NCBI GenBank assembly: GCA_030689875.1
Contig: JAUYHR010000004.1
Span: 1-15,076 of the forward strand
DNA length: 15,076 nt
Direction of reading: 5' to 3'
DNA from: Nanobdellota archaeon
GTDB lineage: Archaea; Nanobdellota; Nanobdellia; Pacearchaeales; GW2011-AR1
Shown here: piece after piece, positions 13,400 through 15,076 of the stretch
Position numbering within the stretch: the stretch's first letter is position 1
Layout: each line of letters begins with the position of its first letter
The notes under the pieces: generated by a model
What the model was told of the DNA's origin: nothing
The model's input: the letters and a program-made list of their open reading frames with translations, nothing else
Databases searched by the model: none
Translations under genes and position numbers: made by a program

Positions 13400-14049
13400 T
13401 GAAAAATCCCAAAATATCTTTAGAGAATTTAGCATTAAAAAAATATTCCGTTTTATTAGATACAAGCGTGTTTCTTAGTTATTATTCTAAAAATCGCAAC
13501 CCTGAAACTTTAACAGAAAAATTTGCCGAAGCTAAAGAAGATTATGACTTTTTTGTTTTAATGCAAAATTATGTTAAAAATGGAAGTAATTTTTATATTA
13601 CGCCTTTAGTTTCAGCAGCACTTCAAAATGGATACTCTCCCAATTTTAAAAAAGGCATTAAGGAAATAGGTGGCTGCAAAAATCGCGAATTATTAAAATT
13701 ACATAGAAAAAGAAGGGAGAGAACTAGGGCTAAAGGGATTTTGGAGAGAACATTTCAAGAGAATGATAAAATTCTTCAATTAAATAAAGATGAGCAAATT
13801 TTGTATGATGTTGTTTATAAAAAGCATATTGGACTTAAAGAAGAATATAAATTAAGTGAATCCGATTTTGATTTTTTAATTTCTGGAGGGGCTTTAGCTA
13901 AAGTTGGAAGGATTGTTGCTTTAGTTTCAAATGATGGGGGGATTTTTCGCGCAAGAAAAGATATTTTGAAGAAAGAAAATATTTGTTTTGATAAATTTAA
14001 ATTTTTTGTTAGAGAAGATTTTTTAGGTTTTGAAAAAAGAGGCAGATAA
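13390..14049 (+). CDS. PIN-like domain protein with a basic insertion, overlapping the radB 3' end
   Basis: 219 aa. It has an N-terminal acidic strand (VLLDTSVFLSY) and a C-terminal SESDFDFLISGGALAKVGRIVALVSNDGGIF, which resembles the PIN pattern D..i.a.A...g..l.T.D..f. Between them is an insert of about 100 aa containing HRKRRERTRAKG. The ATG at 13390 overlaps radB by 10 nt. An alternative ATG at 13399 overlaps the radB stop as TAATG. Confidence 0.45.
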   Translation: MVIMKNPKISLENLALKKYSVLLDTSVFLSYYSKNRNPETLTEKFAEAKEDYDFFVLMQNYVKNGSNFYITPLVSAALQNGYSPNFKKGIKEIGGCKNRELLKLHRKRRERTRAKGILERTFQENDKILQLNKDEQILYDVVYKKHIGLKEEYKLSESDFDFLISGGALAKVGRIVALVSNDGGIFRARKDILKKENICFDKFKFFVREDFLGFEKRGR

Positions 14050-14055
14050 TTGCGG

Positions 14056-14092
14056 TTTTTTCATTAGAAATAAAAAAGAATTTTTTAAAAAA
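14056..14092. terminator. Bidirectional oligo-T/oligo-A tract between convergent genes
   Basis: T6 lies at 14056-14061 on the plus strand after the PIN-like gene. A6 (14072-14077), T6 (14081-14086) and A6 (14087-14092) provide oligo-T runs on both strands downstream of the convergent genes ending at 14049 and 14121. Confidence 0.3.
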
Positions 14093-14120
14093 GGATAAAT
14101 AGGATAATTAAATTTCATAT

Positions 14121-14645
14121 TCAAGAATTAATTCTGTCAATAAGGCTTTTAGATAAAGGACAAAAAAGAGTCCTCTTAAATTCTTGCTCATTTTCATTAT
14201 AATAAAATTCTCCAATATTAAAATAATAATTATTAATTATCCCATAAATCTCTTTTTTATTCTTAGAGCGCTTAAGATAATTTTTAACATGATTAGTTTT
14301 TTTTATTGATACGATAATCTGTAGTTTTTCATTTTTAAGATTTTTTTCTTTATCTTCCCCGCTAAGCTTTAGGGTTGAATCTGGATGAGAATGATAAGTT
14401 CCCAAAAACTTTGTGTTTCTTTTACAAATTTTTTCAATAATTTCCTCAAGTTTTTCTACTTTATTTGGCTTGTAAAATACATAATCTTTCCCTCTTCTTA
14501 AACTCGACATATTATAAGCAGAATTTAATTTAAAAGTTGAATTATATTTATTTCCTAATAGATAACCAAAACATTCTTTTGGAAATGCATCAACAACAGA
14601 AGCAAGCATTTGGGCCAGCGCATTCTCACAAAGAGTAATTTTCAT
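14121..14645 (-). CDS. JAB1/MPN/Mov34 (JAMM, MPN+) metalloprotease; putative isopeptidase for ubiquitin-like modifiers
   Basis: 174 aa. The upstream Glu (FPKECFGYLLG) and an intact JAMM motif HSHPDSTLKLSGED (H-x-H-x7-S-x2-D) are both present. Confidence 0.8.
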   Translation of the reverse strand: MKITLCENALAQMLASVVDAFPKECFGYLLGNKYNSTFKLNSAYNMSSLRRGKDYVFYKPNKVEKLEEIIEKICKRNTKFLGTYHSHPDSTLKLSGEDKEKNLKNEKLQIIVSIKKTNHVKNYLKRSKNKKEIYGIINNYYFNIGEFYYNENEQEFKRTLFCPLSKSLIDRINS

Positions 14646-14779
14646 TTTAGAGTATCTTGTTTTAAAATCCAGAGTTTTAAAAGATTATTGTAATGAAAAC
14701 GAAAACTTATTTTTGCCAAGAGTATCAGATATTTCACAAATTAATTTAAACTCCTGATTATTTATTATGTTAATAAAAA

Positions 14780-15076
14780 ATGAGCGGTGATTTAAAATTT
14801 GAATCAATTAAAAAAATTGCCGAAGCTAATTTTAAAGTCAGGGATTTAAGCAAAATATCCGCAATTAATTCTTTTTCGCCTCCAAGTGTTTTTATCGGCT
14901 CTAAATTAAAATATCCTGAAGTTAATGTTGGAATTTTAAGCCCTCTTGAAAAAGATGAAAATTCCTGGATTTACGACGACGCAAAATATTGGGCAGAAAA
15001 TAATTTTGAAATTAATCAGGTTCTTCATTTGAGAAATAATTTGCTTAATTCAAGATTCAGAACAAAAGTTACAGAT
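14780..15076 (+). CDS. Nre-family (NreA-like, DUF650-type N-terminal domain) DNA repair protein; 5' part only, continuing past the right edge of the window
   Basis: My translation is MSGDLKFESIKKIAEANFKVRDLSKISAINSFSPPSVFIGSKLKYPEVNVGILSPLEKDENSWIYDDAKYWAEN.... SPPSVFIG...YPEVNVGILSP matches the SPPSVFVGr.gYP.V.vGPl motif I recall for the archaeal Nre N-terminal domain. The frame is open to the window end. The N-terminal Cys cluster that I recall in some homologs is absent. Confidence 0.55.
   Translation, partial: MSGDLKFESIKKIAEANFKVRDLSKISAINSFSPPSVFIGSKLKYPEVNVGILSPLEKDENSWIYDDAKYWAENNFEINQVLHLRNNLLNSRFRTKVTD

Noticed and set aside
14649-14726. Direct 8-mer repeat AGAGTATC (14649-14656 and 14719-14726), plus short GTTTTAAAA and GAAAAC duplications, in the JAMM/nre divergent spacer
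   Set aside because: My rough estimate is that an 8-mer recurring within a 134-nt AT-rich spacer is close to chance expectation. There is no dyad symmetry or extended flanking identity.
14693-14749. 18-codon ORF (MKTKTYFCQEYQIFHKLI) in the 14646-14779 spacer
   Set aside because: It is too short and compositionally unremarkable. It overlaps the expected promoter of the nre-like gene, and nothing supports it as coding.
1-15076. CRISPR arrays, rRNA genes, transposases or IS elements, inteins in valS or radB, and long tandem or inverted repeats
   Set aside because: By eye there is no regularly spaced repeat-spacer pattern and no rRNA-like conserved block. I saw no DDE, serine or tyrosine recombinase motifs in any frame of the track. 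The valS and radB motifs are contiguous, with no intein-sized insertion. A computational self-dot-plot would be needed to exclude short dispersed repeats.

Overview
The window is strongly AT-rich (about 30% G+C by eye, not computed), densely coding and clearly archaeal. Archaeal markers are aRF1 with NIKS, YxCxxxF and GGQ motifs, RadB, RNA polymerase subunit Rpo11/L, an MBF1-like zinc-ribbon/HTH protein, an Nre-type repair protein, a JAMM/MPN+ protease and an intronless tRNA-Trp(CCA). Small proteins, very short intergenic spacers and TATA-like boxes about 25 nt upstream of most ATGs suggest leaderless transcripts and a small-genome, DPANN-like lineage. That taxonomic call is inference only.

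Housekeeping genes (valS-aRF1, scpB, rpoL, radB, U32 peptidase) are interleaved with three kinds of accessory content:
- Toxin-antitoxin-like nuclease modules: a canonical RHH-MazF pair with an operator palindrome, an enlarged UPF0175-like/PIN-like coupled pair, an orphan 53-aa RHH sORF missing from the ORF track, and two further PIN-like genes, one overlapping radB.
- An envelope cluster: a PgaC/IcaA-like processive GT2 synthase, a DUF2334-type deacetylase-like protein and a membrane-anchored protein.
- A signal-peptide protein that looks like a bacterial 8-stranded outer-membrane beta-barrel, which is unexpected in an archaeon.

I saw no CRISPR array, rRNA, transposase, integrase or long repeat. 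All three stop codons are used, so the standard genetic code applies. The best candidates for something undescribed are the orphan-RadB-PIN-like cassette (12234-14049), the enlarged HTH/PIN pair (1042-2294) and the OMP-like gene (6290-6871). All functional calls rest on motif recognition by eye, without database searches.
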